Below are positions 55,544 to 64,000 of a stretch of DNA of 64,000 bases, piece after piece; position 1 is the stretch's first letter, and the number at the start of each line of letters is the position of its first letter. The stretch is from an uncultured Candidatus Saccharibacteria bacterium (GTDB lineage Bacteria > Patescibacteriota > Minisyncoccia > Phycocordibacterales > DAORIS01). The DNA is taken from positions 259,712-323,711 of the forward strand of contig CAZXUH010000001.1 in the NCBI GenBank assembly GCA_964644035.1, in the 5' to 3' direction. A program made the position numbers and the translations under genes. The notes beneath the pieces are model-generated. The model saw only the letters and a list, made by a program, of their open reading frames with translations. It searched no databases and was not told where the DNA came from.

Positions 55544-56923
55544 ATGAAACAAGTTGTAAGGCAAAAAATTGTTCGCACACCACCGCAAGGCCTCGAAGCC
55601 GAGATGGCTCTTATCGGTTCTATTATGTTGCGTCCCGATGCCTTCCATGAAGTCATCGATATTATCAAACCTGAATGTTTTTATTCCGAACGCAACAATG
55701 TCATTTGGAATACTATTCTCGAACTGACCAATAAAGGTGCACCTGTCGATCTCCTATCTCTTTCTTCACGCCTGACCGAACGCAATCTTATAAACAACGT
55801 CGGTGGTTCTGCCTATCTAGCTGAAGTGGTCAACAGCGTTCCCTCTTCAGCCAATGTCCGCTACTATGCCGAACTCATTCATAAGAAGTTCATTATGCGC
55901 GAGCTTATCAGAGCTTCTGAGCGCTTGTCTGATCTTGGATATGAAGAAGTAAGTGATATTCAAGAAATCATGGATCAGGCTGAGAAACTTGTCTATGATA
56001 TTGCCCACAAAGGCACCACACACAAGTTTATCGAGCTCAAAGACGCTCTTGGAGAAGCGTGGGATCGTATTGATAAGCTTCACAAGACTCAGGGCGAGAT
56101 TCGCGGCGTACCAACAGGCTTCAAAGAGCTCGATCACAAGCTTGCTGGTTTGCAAAAAGCCGATCTCATCATTCTCGCTGCTCGACCTTCGATGGGTAAA
56201 ACCTCTCTCGCTCTCGATATTGCTCGTCAAGCAGCTATCATGCACAAGATTCCTGTCGGTATCTTCTCTCTTGAAATGAGCTCGCAACAACTCGTCGATC
56301 GTATGGTTGCTGCCGACGCTCAAGTCGATGCTTGGAAACTACGCACCGGCAAACTCACCCAAGAAGAAGAATTCGACAAGATTCAGGAATCACTTGGTCG
56401 CCTCTCCACCGCCCCTATTTATATCGATGACCAGCCAGGTACCAATATTCTCAAAATGCGCAGTACCGCTCGCAAACTCAAGGCAGAAAAAAATCTTGGT
56501 CTTATTGTCGTCGACTATCTCCAACTTATCTTACCTACTCAGTCGAAGAACAATGACAATGTCGTCCAGCAAATCACTGAAATCTCGCGTGCCCTCAAAC
56601 AACTCGCAAGAGAAATGGAAGTGCCAGTCCTCGCCCTCTCACAGCTCTCCCGAGCCGTCGAACAGCGTGGAGGCCGCCCAAGACTCTCTGACCTTCGAGA
56701 TTCCGGTTCTATTGAACAGGACGCCGACGTGGTCATGTTCATTCACCGTGAAGACAAACAAAAAGAAGACTCAGGTCGTCCAAACATTGCCGAAATCATG
56801 ATCGAAAAACACCGCAATGGTCCGACCGGCAAAGTAGAACTCTTCTTCGACGACAAGAAAACAAGCTTCCTTTCTATCGACAAGAACTTTGGCAGTATGG
56901 CTGGCGGCAGTGACGATTTCTAA
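55544..56923 (+). CDS. dnaB: Replicative DNA helicase
   Basis: AARPSMGKT, FSLEM, VDYLQL, LSQLSR, SDLRDSGSIEQDAD, KHRNGPTG. Confidence 0.98.
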   Translation: MKQVVRQKIVRTPPQGLEAEMALIGSIMLRPDAFHEVIDIIKPECFYSERNNVIWNTILELTNKGAPVDLLSLSSRLTERNLINNVGGSAYLAEVVNSVPSSANVRYYAELIHKKFIMRELIRASERLSDLGYEEVSDIQEIMDQAEKLVYDIAHKGTTHKFIELKDALGEAWDRIDKLHKTQGEIRGVPTGFKELDHKLAGLQKADLIILAARPSMGKTSLALDIARQAAIMHKIPVGIFSLEMSSQQLVDRMVAADAQVDAWKLRTGKLTQEEEFDKIQESLGRLSTAPIYIDDQPGTNILKMRSTARKLKAEKNLGLIVVDYLQLILPTQSKNNDNVVQQITEISRALKQLAREMEVPVLALSQLSRAVEQRGGRPRLSDLRDSGSIEQDADVVMFIHREDKQKEDSGRPNIAEIMIEKHRNGPTGKVELFFDDKKTSFLSIDKNFGSMAGGSDDF

Positions 56924-56924
56924 T

Positions 56925-57539
56925 ATGTCACCTTTTGACCGACTGATTGAAATATTTAGAAAATTCCCAGGCATTGGTCCTCGCCAAGCTCGGCGTTTTG
57001 TCTATCATCTTATTCGTCTCTCAGAAAACGACACCAAACAGTTTGCCGAAGGTCTTCTGTTACTCAAAAAAAGTTTTAAAGAATGCACGGGTTGCCACCG
57101 ATACTTCTCTTCGTCACACAATGATACCCTCTGCTCAATATGTTCAGACAAAAATCGCACTGATAAAGAACTGATGATTGTCAGTCATGACAGCGATCTC
57201 GATGCTATAGAAAAAAGCGGTACCTATAAGGGTCAATATTTTGTCCTTGGCGGTACGATACCAATACTGGAAAAAGTTCCTACGTATATACGAGAAAGAG
57301 AACTCAAAGCTCGAGTCAGTGATCTTGCATCCAAAAATCTCAGCGAGATTATTATTGCCATGAGTGTCACCGCAGAAGGTGAACAGACTGTTTCGTATAT
57401 TAAAAATATCATCACACCTATTGCTGGAGAAAAAGTCTCTATTTCAACCCTTGGCCGTGGTGTCTCCACTGGCAGCGAACTCGAATATGCCGACAGCGAA
57501 ACTATTTCATACGCATTGGCTGGAAGGAAAAAGGTATGA
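56925..57539 (+). CDS. recR: Recombination mediator RecR
   Basis: FPGIGPRQARR HhH, C4 zinc finger, TOPRIM, ELEYAD. Confidence 0.95.
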   Translation: MSPFDRLIEIFRKFPGIGPRQARRFVYHLIRLSENDTKQFAEGLLLLKKSFKECTGCHRYFSSSHNDTLCSICSDKNRTDKELMIVSHDSDLDAIEKSGTYKGQYFVLGGTIPILEKVPTYIRERELKARVSDLASKNLSEIIIAMSVTAEGEQTVSYIKNIITPIAGEKVSISTLGRGVSTGSELEYADSETISYALAGRKKV

Positions 57540-57555
57540 CGCCTCCTCCCTCATT

Positions 57556-57630
57556 CCCTCCTCTAAAGAGGAGGGAGGTCTCTGAAGGGTGCGCACTGTT
57601 TATTGTTCCCCTCCTCATTCTGAGGAGGGG
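57556..57630. repeat. Pair of REP-like palindromes between convergent recR and rplU
   Basis: CCCTCCTCT-AA-AGAGGAGGG (57556-57575) and CCCCTCCTCA-TTC-TGAGGAGGGG (57608-57630). Confidence 0.7.
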
Positions 57631-57645
57631 TTAGGGGAGGAGGTG

Positions 57646-57960
57646 TTAAATACTCTTTACCTTTACCTGAAAGAAAGGCTGGCGGTGGCCGTTTTTGTTG
57701 AAATATCGGCTCTTTTGCTTGTATTTGATAATAGTTACCTTTGGAGCGCGGCCAATAGCTGTAAGCTCTGCTGTAACCTTGGCACCTGAGATATGAGGAG
57801 TACCGATATCGGCCTTTTCGCCTTCAGACTTGAGGAGAACCTTGTCAAAAGTAAGGGTATCGCCTACCTTGAAATCACCCGAAATCTTCTCGATTTTGAG
57901 CATTTGGCCCTCTTCTACCTTATATTGCTTGCCGCCTGTGGCGATAACTGCGAATTTCAT
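57646..57960 (-). CDS. rplU: 50S ribosomal protein L21
   Basis: FAVIATGGKQYKV, IGTP, GHRQP. Confidence 0.97.
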   Translation of the reverse strand: MKFAVIATGGKQYKVEEGQMLKIEKISGDFKVGDTLTFDKVLLKSEGEKADIGTPHISGAKVTAELTAIGRAPKVTIIKYKQKSRYFNKNGHRQPFFQVKVKSI

Positions 57961-58039
57961 AGAAAATTATATTACCCTATTTATCGAAAATAATCAAATA
58001 AAAAGCCTGTCCGCACCCAATGGTACAGACAAGCTCATG

Positions 58040-58675
58040 TTACACAGAAAGGCGCTTTTTTGCCTCTTCGAAGTAACGCTTAAATCCTGGTTCAAGGAGT
58101 TCGGCCTCCACAAACATTTTATTGTATTGCCAGAGCTTATTTTTCAAATCTAAATAAGCCTCTGTTAGATTGTCAGGATTCTCCATTTTCATTATCTCTC
58201 GAGCCAACTTCGTCATAACTTCTGTTGCTTGTTTGGTGAGTTCTTCAGCAGTCCACCGAAGGTACGACTGATCTGACTCCACCCCATCCAATCGAAGACA
58301 CAACATTATATCCGTATGATGCTTTGAAAAAAGATTCATCTCTTTTTTGCAAAGTTCGATTTCCCCCTCCAAAAAACGAACTATTCGAAAAAGGGGTATT
58401 CCGATCGTTACCATCGCCCCTCCAACAATCACCATTAAAAATAATTGCTGACTGTTGGAAGAAAAGAAGTAGGTGGCAAAGAACGCTATAACCAGGAAAT
58501 AACACATCACAGCTGGTACAACCCAAGGCAAAATACGAGATTTCATCTTATCCATACGTATTGTGCGCGAGGCTACCTCTTCTAAATTACAATTCATCCT
58601 TTTTTGCCATCTGCTTTTAAGAACACCATTAAAGCAGCGTGTTTCCAAATTACGCAAGAAACTTTCGACGTTCAT
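58040..58675 (-). CDS. Hypothetical 2-TM protein
   Basis: AAGGAG SD, two TMs, helical C-terminus. Confidence 0.7.
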   Translation of the reverse strand: MNVESFLRNLETRCFNGVLKSRWQKRMNCNLEEVASRTIRMDKMKSRILPWVVPAVMCYFLVIAFFATYFFSSNSQQLFLMVIVGGAMVTIGIPLFRIVRFLEGEIELCKKEMNLFSKHHTDIMLCLRLDGVESDQSYLRWTAEELTKQATEVMTKLAREIMKMENPDNLTEAYLDLKNKLWQYNKMFVEAELLEPGFKRYFEEAKKRLSV

Positions 58676-58836
58676 ACAAAGAACTCCTTTGCTTTTGAAT
58701 ATAGAAATGGACGGTTCATTCCATCATTACTCCAGGATTCCTGCCCCAGTGCAATACTTCATTTCTAGTGCATCTGAAAAGCACACAGATACGTCTGTTT
58801 TTTACCTTAAAAATAGTACTTGGTCAATAAATCCTA

Positions 58837-59907
58837 TTATTCAATTTCAGGCTTCTCTATAGTGAGCACTTCAAACTCTGAGGTTGTATCAGTGATTTTG
58901 GCTATGTCTTTGTCTATCTTTTTAAACTCTTTTTGAGAACTCATAAAGTGGTTGACGGTCGTACCGAGCGAAGTACCAAGCTTAGCCTGATAATCTTCGT
59001 AGATTTTGAGGTGTTTTGAGAGCTCGCCTACCTTGTATACGATCTCACTCGCCTGTTCTTCTATTTGGAGTGCCTTGAGGCCTTGTAGCACTGTCTGTAG
59101 ATATGCCAAAAATGATGTCGGCGAAACGATAATAACATGATACTTGCTTGCCGCTCTCTGAATGAGATTTTGTGAATCTTCGTCGAGCATGCCGATTTTA
59201 TTGACCAACAAATCATAATAAATCGCTTCGTGTGGCACAAACATAAAGGCAAAATCGAGTGTTTTTTCACCTGGACGAATATATTTTGCAGTTTCTTGTA
59301 TACGCATCTTCAAGTCATTGAGAAAGACTTTATAGAGTTTCTCTTTAGCATCTTCCGATTTTTCTTCTATAAAACGATTGTAGTTTTCGAGTGAAAATTT
59401 AGAATCAATAGGTATCAATCTATCTTTGATCATAACCACAGCATCGACAATCTCCCCGTCCTTGAACTTATATTGCATCTGATATCCCCCAGGCAGTGTA
59501 TTTTGCAGAAGGGTTTCCAAATAATATTCACCGAGCACTCCTCTTTGCTTGGGATTTTTAAGAATATCTTGGAGCGACTTGAGTTGTTCTGTGACTGTCT
59601 GCACTTGCTTGTTACCTTCTTTGACCTCGACAAGCTCACGAGTGATGTCACGAATGAGACGTTGCGATTCTCCAAATTGTTTTGAAAGAGAATTTGAGAG
59701 AATATCCGAAGATTTACCCAAACGATCATCTACCCTACCCAATTTGTCATCGACAGTCTTGTGCAAATCATTCATTTGCTGCATGAGGATCTTCATTACT
59801 TCAGAATGCTCACCCCCGTGTGACACAGGACGACGAACGACAAAAAAGATACCTCCTGCAAGGAGGACTATGAAGATACACAGCAAAATAACGATCACAA
59901 TTTCCAT
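58837..59907 (-). CDS. rmuC: DNA recombination protein RmuC
   Basis: TM + coiled coil, KQRGVLGE, IDSKF, DFAFMFVPHE, VSPTS. Confidence 0.92.
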   Translation of the reverse strand: MEIVIVILLCIFIVLLAGGIFFVVRRPVSHGGEHSEVMKILMQQMNDLHKTVDDKLGRVDDRLGKSSDILSNSLSKQFGESQRLIRDITRELVEVKEGNKQVQTVTEQLKSLQDILKNPKQRGVLGEYYLETLLQNTLPGGYQMQYKFKDGEIVDAVVMIKDRLIPIDSKFSLENYNRFIEEKSEDAKEKLYKVFLNDLKMRIQETAKYIRPGEKTLDFAFMFVPHEAIYYDLLVNKIGMLDEDSQNLIQRAASKYHVIIVSPTSFLAYLQTVLQGLKALQIEEQASEIVYKVGELSKHLKIYEDYQAKLGTSLGTTVNHFMSSQKEFKKIDKDIAKITDTTSEFEVLTIEKPEIE

Positions 59908-59960
59908 TCACCTAGTATATCAAATGACACTTGAATTGTTATTTAAAAGGAGTATTATAA

Positions 59961-60132
59961 GCGCAGTTATCGGTCGTTCAAGATTGCTTGGCCTGAGTCC
60001 GCGTGTGCGGCTCTCCTTCCCAGTGCCGGTACAGGACCATCCTGCTACCGGCATTTTCAATGACACATCTTTGCTTGCTTCAAGCAAAGATGGTCTGACC
60101 CGCCATAGCATTTATGCGACGGCGGGTTTTTA
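59961..60132 (+). ncRNA. Candidate ~170-nt structured RNA divergent from rmuC
   Basis: GC-rich intergenic with tandem hairpins (TGCCGGTA/TACCGGCA, CATCTTTGCTTG/CAAGCAAAGATG) and ACCCGCC/GGCGGGT-T-run terminator. Confidence 0.5.
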
Positions 60133-60176
60133 TTCATCTTAATTTTATATATACTGTACCTACTAACACAAAACAT

Positions 60177-60629
60177 ATGTTACAAAACGATATCAAAGGA
60201 CAAATCAAAGAAGCAATGCTTGCAAAAGATGCTGTCAGACTGGCTGTACTTCGCGGATTGTCAGCAGCATTTACCAATGAACTCGTCGCTCAGAAACGCC
60301 CTCCTCAAGAAGCACTTTCCGATGAAGATTGTCTCAAAGTTATCGAACGTTCAGTCAAACAGCGCCGCGAATCGATCGATCAATTTACCAAAGGCGGCCG
60401 ACCAGATTTGGCTGACAGTGAAAAAGCTGAACTTGCAATACTCGAAACCTATTTGCCTACTATGATGTCGCAAGAAGAGATTATGCCTATTGCCCAAGCA
60501 AAGAAAACAGAAATGGGTATTGATGACAAATCAAAGGCAGGCATGCTTATGGGTCTTATTATGCGAGAGCTCAAGGGCAAAGCTCGTGGTGATGACGTGA
60601 AGGTAGTCGTAGACAAGCTTTTTAGCTAA
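60177..60629 (+). CDS. GatB/YqeY domain protein
   Basis: IKEAMLAKD..RL, KQRRESI.QF..GGR.DL, YLP, GKA.G. Confidence 0.92.
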   Translation: MLQNDIKGQIKEAMLAKDAVRLAVLRGLSAAFTNELVAQKRPPQEALSDEDCLKVIERSVKQRRESIDQFTKGGRPDLADSEKAELAILETYLPTMMSQEEIMPIAQAKKTEMGIDDKSKAGMLMGLIMRELKGKARGDDVKVVVDKLFS

Positions 60630-60706
60630 TTGACAAAAGGGTATATTTTGGTGTATAATATACACATATAGTTCGATTACATTTACTTGCTTGAAAGGAG
60701 ATCTCG

Positions 60707-60943
60707 ATGAGTACCTTCGTTTATTCAAGTGATGAAATTGCAGTGTTCGCTGCCGCAAAGGCCACGGCCGACAAGCAGAGAACACTTTCCGCCAAATTGC
60801 GCAAATGGAAAAAGGAATTGCGGGACCGAGTGGTCAGTCGACCGCTAGGCATGGTCCTCGATCCGATTACCCTTTGCCAAAAAGGCAATGCCTGGTTACG
60901 AAACAATCCGTTCCAAATTATCGAAAAGCCTACCGCAAGGTAG
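60707..60943 (+). CDS. Hypothetical protein
   Basis: TTGACA promoter, AAGGAG SD, terminator-like hairpin at end. Confidence 0.6.
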   Translation: MSTFVYSSDEIAVFAAAKATADKQRTLSAKLRKWKKELRDRVVSRPLGMVLDPITLCQKGNAWLRNNPFQIIEKPTAR

Positions 60944-61010
60944 GCCTTTTCTTTGTCTGTATTGAATAATGACAGAAATATAGGTATATTTCCTATGCAT
61001 TGCGTAGCAT

Positions 61011-61082
61011 GGCCCTATCGTCTAGCGGCTAGGACGGAAGCTTCTCAAGCTTCAAACCAGGGTTCGATTCCCTGTAGGGTCA
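61011..61082 (+). tRNA. tRNA-Glu(CTC)
   Basis: GGCCCTA/TAGGGTC acceptor, GAAGC-TTCTCAA-GCTTC anticodon arm, GGTTCGATTCC T-arm. Confidence 0.93.
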
Positions 61083-61186
61083 CAAATTAGAAAGCCATAT
61101 ATTTTATACTTGATATTTTGACACATACTGATAGTGTGTCAGTTAGATTGAAATAAAGCCTTAACATGTACCGAAAGGAGAACGTA

Positions 61187-61636
61187 ATGGCTCGACCAAT
61201 TCACTCGATGGGGCTGCAAGTAATTGCCAGCAGCCGAACTCCTGACCCCAGCAAGCTTCCCAAACCAACACAGGAATGTAAGGTCCTGTGGCGGAGCTGG
61301 TTCAAACGTGATTATAAATGCGGCCATCGTGACAGCAGACGATTCCGTGTTTCCATGTTTGGAATGGAAACAAAGAAGCTTAGTCAGCACGAACAGTGCC
61401 CACAGTGTTTTATGGAAGAGGTTAAGAAGCACACCATTTTCTGTGCATTGTGCGGCCTACCCATCATGCCTGGCGACGGAGTGGCACTTTACGATGATGA
61501 CAATGACGGCATTCGTGAAAACGCCACCCACATCGACAACTTTGTCATCGGCTGTATTCGATGGGAATGCTGTCCATCGGGAGGTTTTTTCTCCGGATAC
61601 TGGACAAAACAAGGTTTCAAATCTGGTCTTAGTTGA
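61187..61636 (+). CDS. Cys-rich putative Zn-binding protein (paralog of 54613-55116)
   Basis: CGH, CPQC, CALC..IMPG, IGC motifs; AAGGAG SD. Confidence 0.7.
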   Translation: MARPIHSMGLQVIASSRTPDPSKLPKPTQECKVLWRSWFKRDYKCGHRDSRRFRVSMFGMETKKLSQHEQCPQCFMEEVKKHTIFCALCGLPIMPGDGVALYDDDNDGIRENATHIDNFVIGCIRWECCPSGGFFSGYWTKQGFKSGLS

Positions 61637-61778
61637 CCCTGTTTTACCAAGATCACAACCCCACCATTTCTGGTGGGGTTTATTTTTGCAAACAAAAACA
61701 GCCCCTTTCGGGACTGTTTTGCGAATTCAAGCCTTACCAATAACGTAAGTATATACTTCTGAAAATCCTAGTCAATAT

Positions 61779-64000
61779 TTATTTTACCGACAATGAGTAT
61801 TGGTCGACATTGAGCTCACCGACTGACTTTATAAGATGAAAGACGGTGAAACCGACTGCACCAGAAGGCATAGTGACTTCCCTTTCATACTTGGTCCAGT
61901 TTGCCGCAGCTGGAACTGTTGCAAGGTCAACATACATGAACGCACCAGTAGACATCGTATAACGAGCTGTAAGTGTCGTTGCTACGGTTGATTTGTAATA
62001 GTTCGAGTAGACATAGGTCGTACTTGCAGTGACAAGCTCTGAAGCGAAGAACCATTTTGCATCGCCGCTCGTGTAAGCAGAGACCACTACCTTTGCAGCC
62101 TTCGTGCCGTCTGACCCAGCGACTGGGTATGTGAAGACTGGAGTGATTGTTCCCCATGAATTCTTAGACCATCCTGTAGGGTTGCCACTGGCATCGGTCA
62201 TTTCAAGAGAAGGATTATCAACCATGTTTGGATTGGTTGAAGTGCTGTTATTTACTGTGACAGAAATAGTGTGAGTGCTGTTATTGCCTGCAGCATCGTG
62301 CGTCGTAGCCTTGAGCGTGTGTAGACCGTTGGCAACAGTCTTGGTATCCCAGACATAGTTGTATGGTGCGGGAAGATTTGCTGTAACAGGATTACCATCA
62401 ACAGCAAACATGACACCAGTCACTCCGACATTATCAGATGAGCTTGCCACAACCGTAACAGTATTACTTACTACAGCATTGTTTGCTGGTGAAGTGATCT
62501 GGACGACTGGAGCAATGATGTCGTTGGTCGAAGTCGCCGAACCGGTGATCACAAGAGACACATCATCAGTCGTTAGTGTACCAATCGAGCTTATCAAGTG
62601 AAATGGAGTGAAATTGACTGCATTTACCGGAGGAGTAAAGGTAGCATTGAAGAATGTCCATCCTGTAACTGGCGGCAATTCTTTTATCACTCCAAAATAA
62701 TGCTGTGTGCCATCGGTAAGTGTATAAGCCCCTATTACATCTGAGATTACATCTGATTTGTACCATGAGCTAAAGGTGTATTCTTTGCCAAACTGCATAG
62801 GCACTCGATCTGGGAACCATTTCACATCACCATCACTATATGCCGTCACTCTAACTTCAGCAGCTTTGTTACCATCGCGGCCTGTAACCGGATAGACATA
62901 GTTTGCAGTGTTTACTCCCCAACCACCATGATTCCAACCCAAAGGATTGGCACCATTGGCTGTTTCAAATGAAGCATTGTTGATGAGATTGCCTGGGGTA
63001 GATGTCGCCTCTTCTTCCTCAGTGTGATTGTGTACGAAGACAGTAACAGGAGTTGAAGTTGCAATATTTCCTGCAGTATCTCGAGCAACTGCTCTGAGAA
63101 TATGGTTGCTGTGGTTGGTGACTGTTGTGGTGTTGAAATTGACTTCATATGGCGAGACAGTATCTTCTGCACCAATCTGAGTCGAATCGACAAAGAATTT
63201 TACACCAGCGACACCTCCCGCATCGGCAGCATTGGCCTTGATCGATACCGCTGTACCGCCTATTTCCTGAGCAGCTGTCGGTGAAGAAATAGATACAGTA
63301 GGAGCTGTCGTGTCGGCAGGTGCACCACCAGGGCCAGTAATACTGTAGAGATCGGTAGTAAGTGTGCCAACTTTATTGGACATATGGAATGCTGTTACAG
63401 AAACTGTATTGACTGGAGGTGTGAAATTGTATGTAAGCTTCTTCCATGTAGCTGAAGCTGGAACAGTCGCAGCAAGAGCAACGTATGAAACGCTGCCGTT
63501 GGCAAGTGTATATCGAAGCGTCAAATTGCTTGTTGAAGATGCCATGTAATAACTCGAATACGTGTACTGAGTGCCGGGAGTAACTGGAACATCCTTGAAG
63601 AACCATTTTGCATCGCCATTGGTATATGCAGTTGTCTTGACCTGCATTGCTTTAGCGCCATCAAAACCTGCTACCGGATAAGTAAAGGTTGTGGTATTTG
63701 TTCCCCATTTACCATTGAACCAATCTTGTGGAACCGTTGTTGGACTACCGGCAGTTTCAGCCGAAGGATTGAGCACAAGGTTACTACCACCTGGAGTACT
63801 TGTGCTTGTCTGATTGAGAACAGCAAATGTGACAGGGGTTGAAGTTGCAATATTTCCTGCAGCATCGCGAGCAACAGCAAGGAGTGAATGATTGCCATTT
63901 GCTACTGATTTGCTATTCCATGCAAAGGTATATGGAGAAGTCGTATCAGTATTTACAACTGTTGCATCAATTAGGAATTTTACATCTACTACCGCAACAT
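61779..64000 (-). CDS. Large surface protein with alternating CBM4/9-like and bacterial Ig-like domains (5' end beyond window)
   Basis: Three NPS/NAS.E...P..W...WG...GD.KWF modules and DT.APTV.I.SP...A.D.AGN Ig modules. Confidence 0.85.
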   Translation of the reverse strand, partial: VAVVDVKFLIDATVVNTDTTSPYTFAWNSKSVANGNHSLLAVARDAAGNIATSTPVTFAVLNQTSTSTPGGSNLVLNPSAETAGSPTTVPQDWFNGKWGTNTTTFTYPVAGFDGAKAMQVKTTAYTNGDAKWFFKDVPVTPGTQYTYSSYYMASSTSNLTLRYTLANGSVSYVALAATVPASATWKKLTYNFTPPVNTVSVTAFHMSNKVGTLTTDLYSITGPGGAPADTTAPTVSISSPTAAQEIGGTAVSIKANAADAGGVAGVKFFVDSTQIGAEDTVSPYEVNFNTTTVTNHSNHILRAVARDTAGNIATSTPVTVFVHNHTEEEEATSTPGNLINNASFETANGANPLGWNHGGWGVNTANYVYPVTGRDGNKAAEVRVTAYSDGDVKWFPDRVPMQFGKEYTFSSWYKSDVISDVIGAYTLTDGTQHYFGVIKELPPVTGWTFFNATFTPPVNAVNFTPFHLISSIGTLTTDDVSLVITGSATSTNDIIAPVVQITSPANNAVVSNTVTVVASSSDNVGVTGVMFAVDGNPVTANLPAPYNYVWDTKTVANGLHTLKATTHDAAGNNSTHTISVTVNNSTSTNPNMVDNPSLEMTDASGNPTGWSKNSWGTITPVFTYPVAGSDGTKAAKVVVSAYTSGDAKWFFASELVTASTTYVYSNYYKSTVATTLTARYTMSTGAFMYVDLATVPAAANWTKYEREVTMPSGAVGFTVFHLIKSVGELNVDQYSLSVK

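Noticed and set aside
1-64000. Alternative genetic code (UGA or UAG recoding) in host or phage
   Set aside because: Long genes are uninterrupted in code 11 and TGA, TAG and TAA all end genes with tight packing.

Overview
Bacterial chromosome segment (standard code, TGA used as stop; gene set and SD-poor AT-rich leaders suggest Patescibacteria/Parcubacteria, by inference). Housekeeping flanks (mraY-ftsW-murG-gltX-M23 peptidase on the left; rpmA, rplI, S41 protease, corA, cysS, dnaB, recR, rplU, rmuC, yqeY, tRNA-Glu and a CBM/Ig surface protein on the right) enclose an apparently intact ~40 kb podovirus-like prophage (~7.3/7.7-48.0 kb, almost all on the - strand). It carries a tyrosine integrase, lysis genes, P22-like head/tail genes, two Ser-rich mucin-like proteins beside a glycosyltransferase/methyltransferase cluster, and a second glyco-cluster with a plant-type RGP/UDP-arabinopyranose mutase. 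The most unusual signal is RNA-level: many structural genes have consensus extended -10 promoters and leaders with a GAACGGGG motif in or next to start-proximal hairpins, and a 21-bp hairpin at 31011-31062 displays the complementary loop CCCCCCGUUC. The phage also holds a convergent two-RNA locus, several aberrant tRNA-like RNAs and other structured intergenic RNAs. All calls are by eye; no database searches or folding programs were run.
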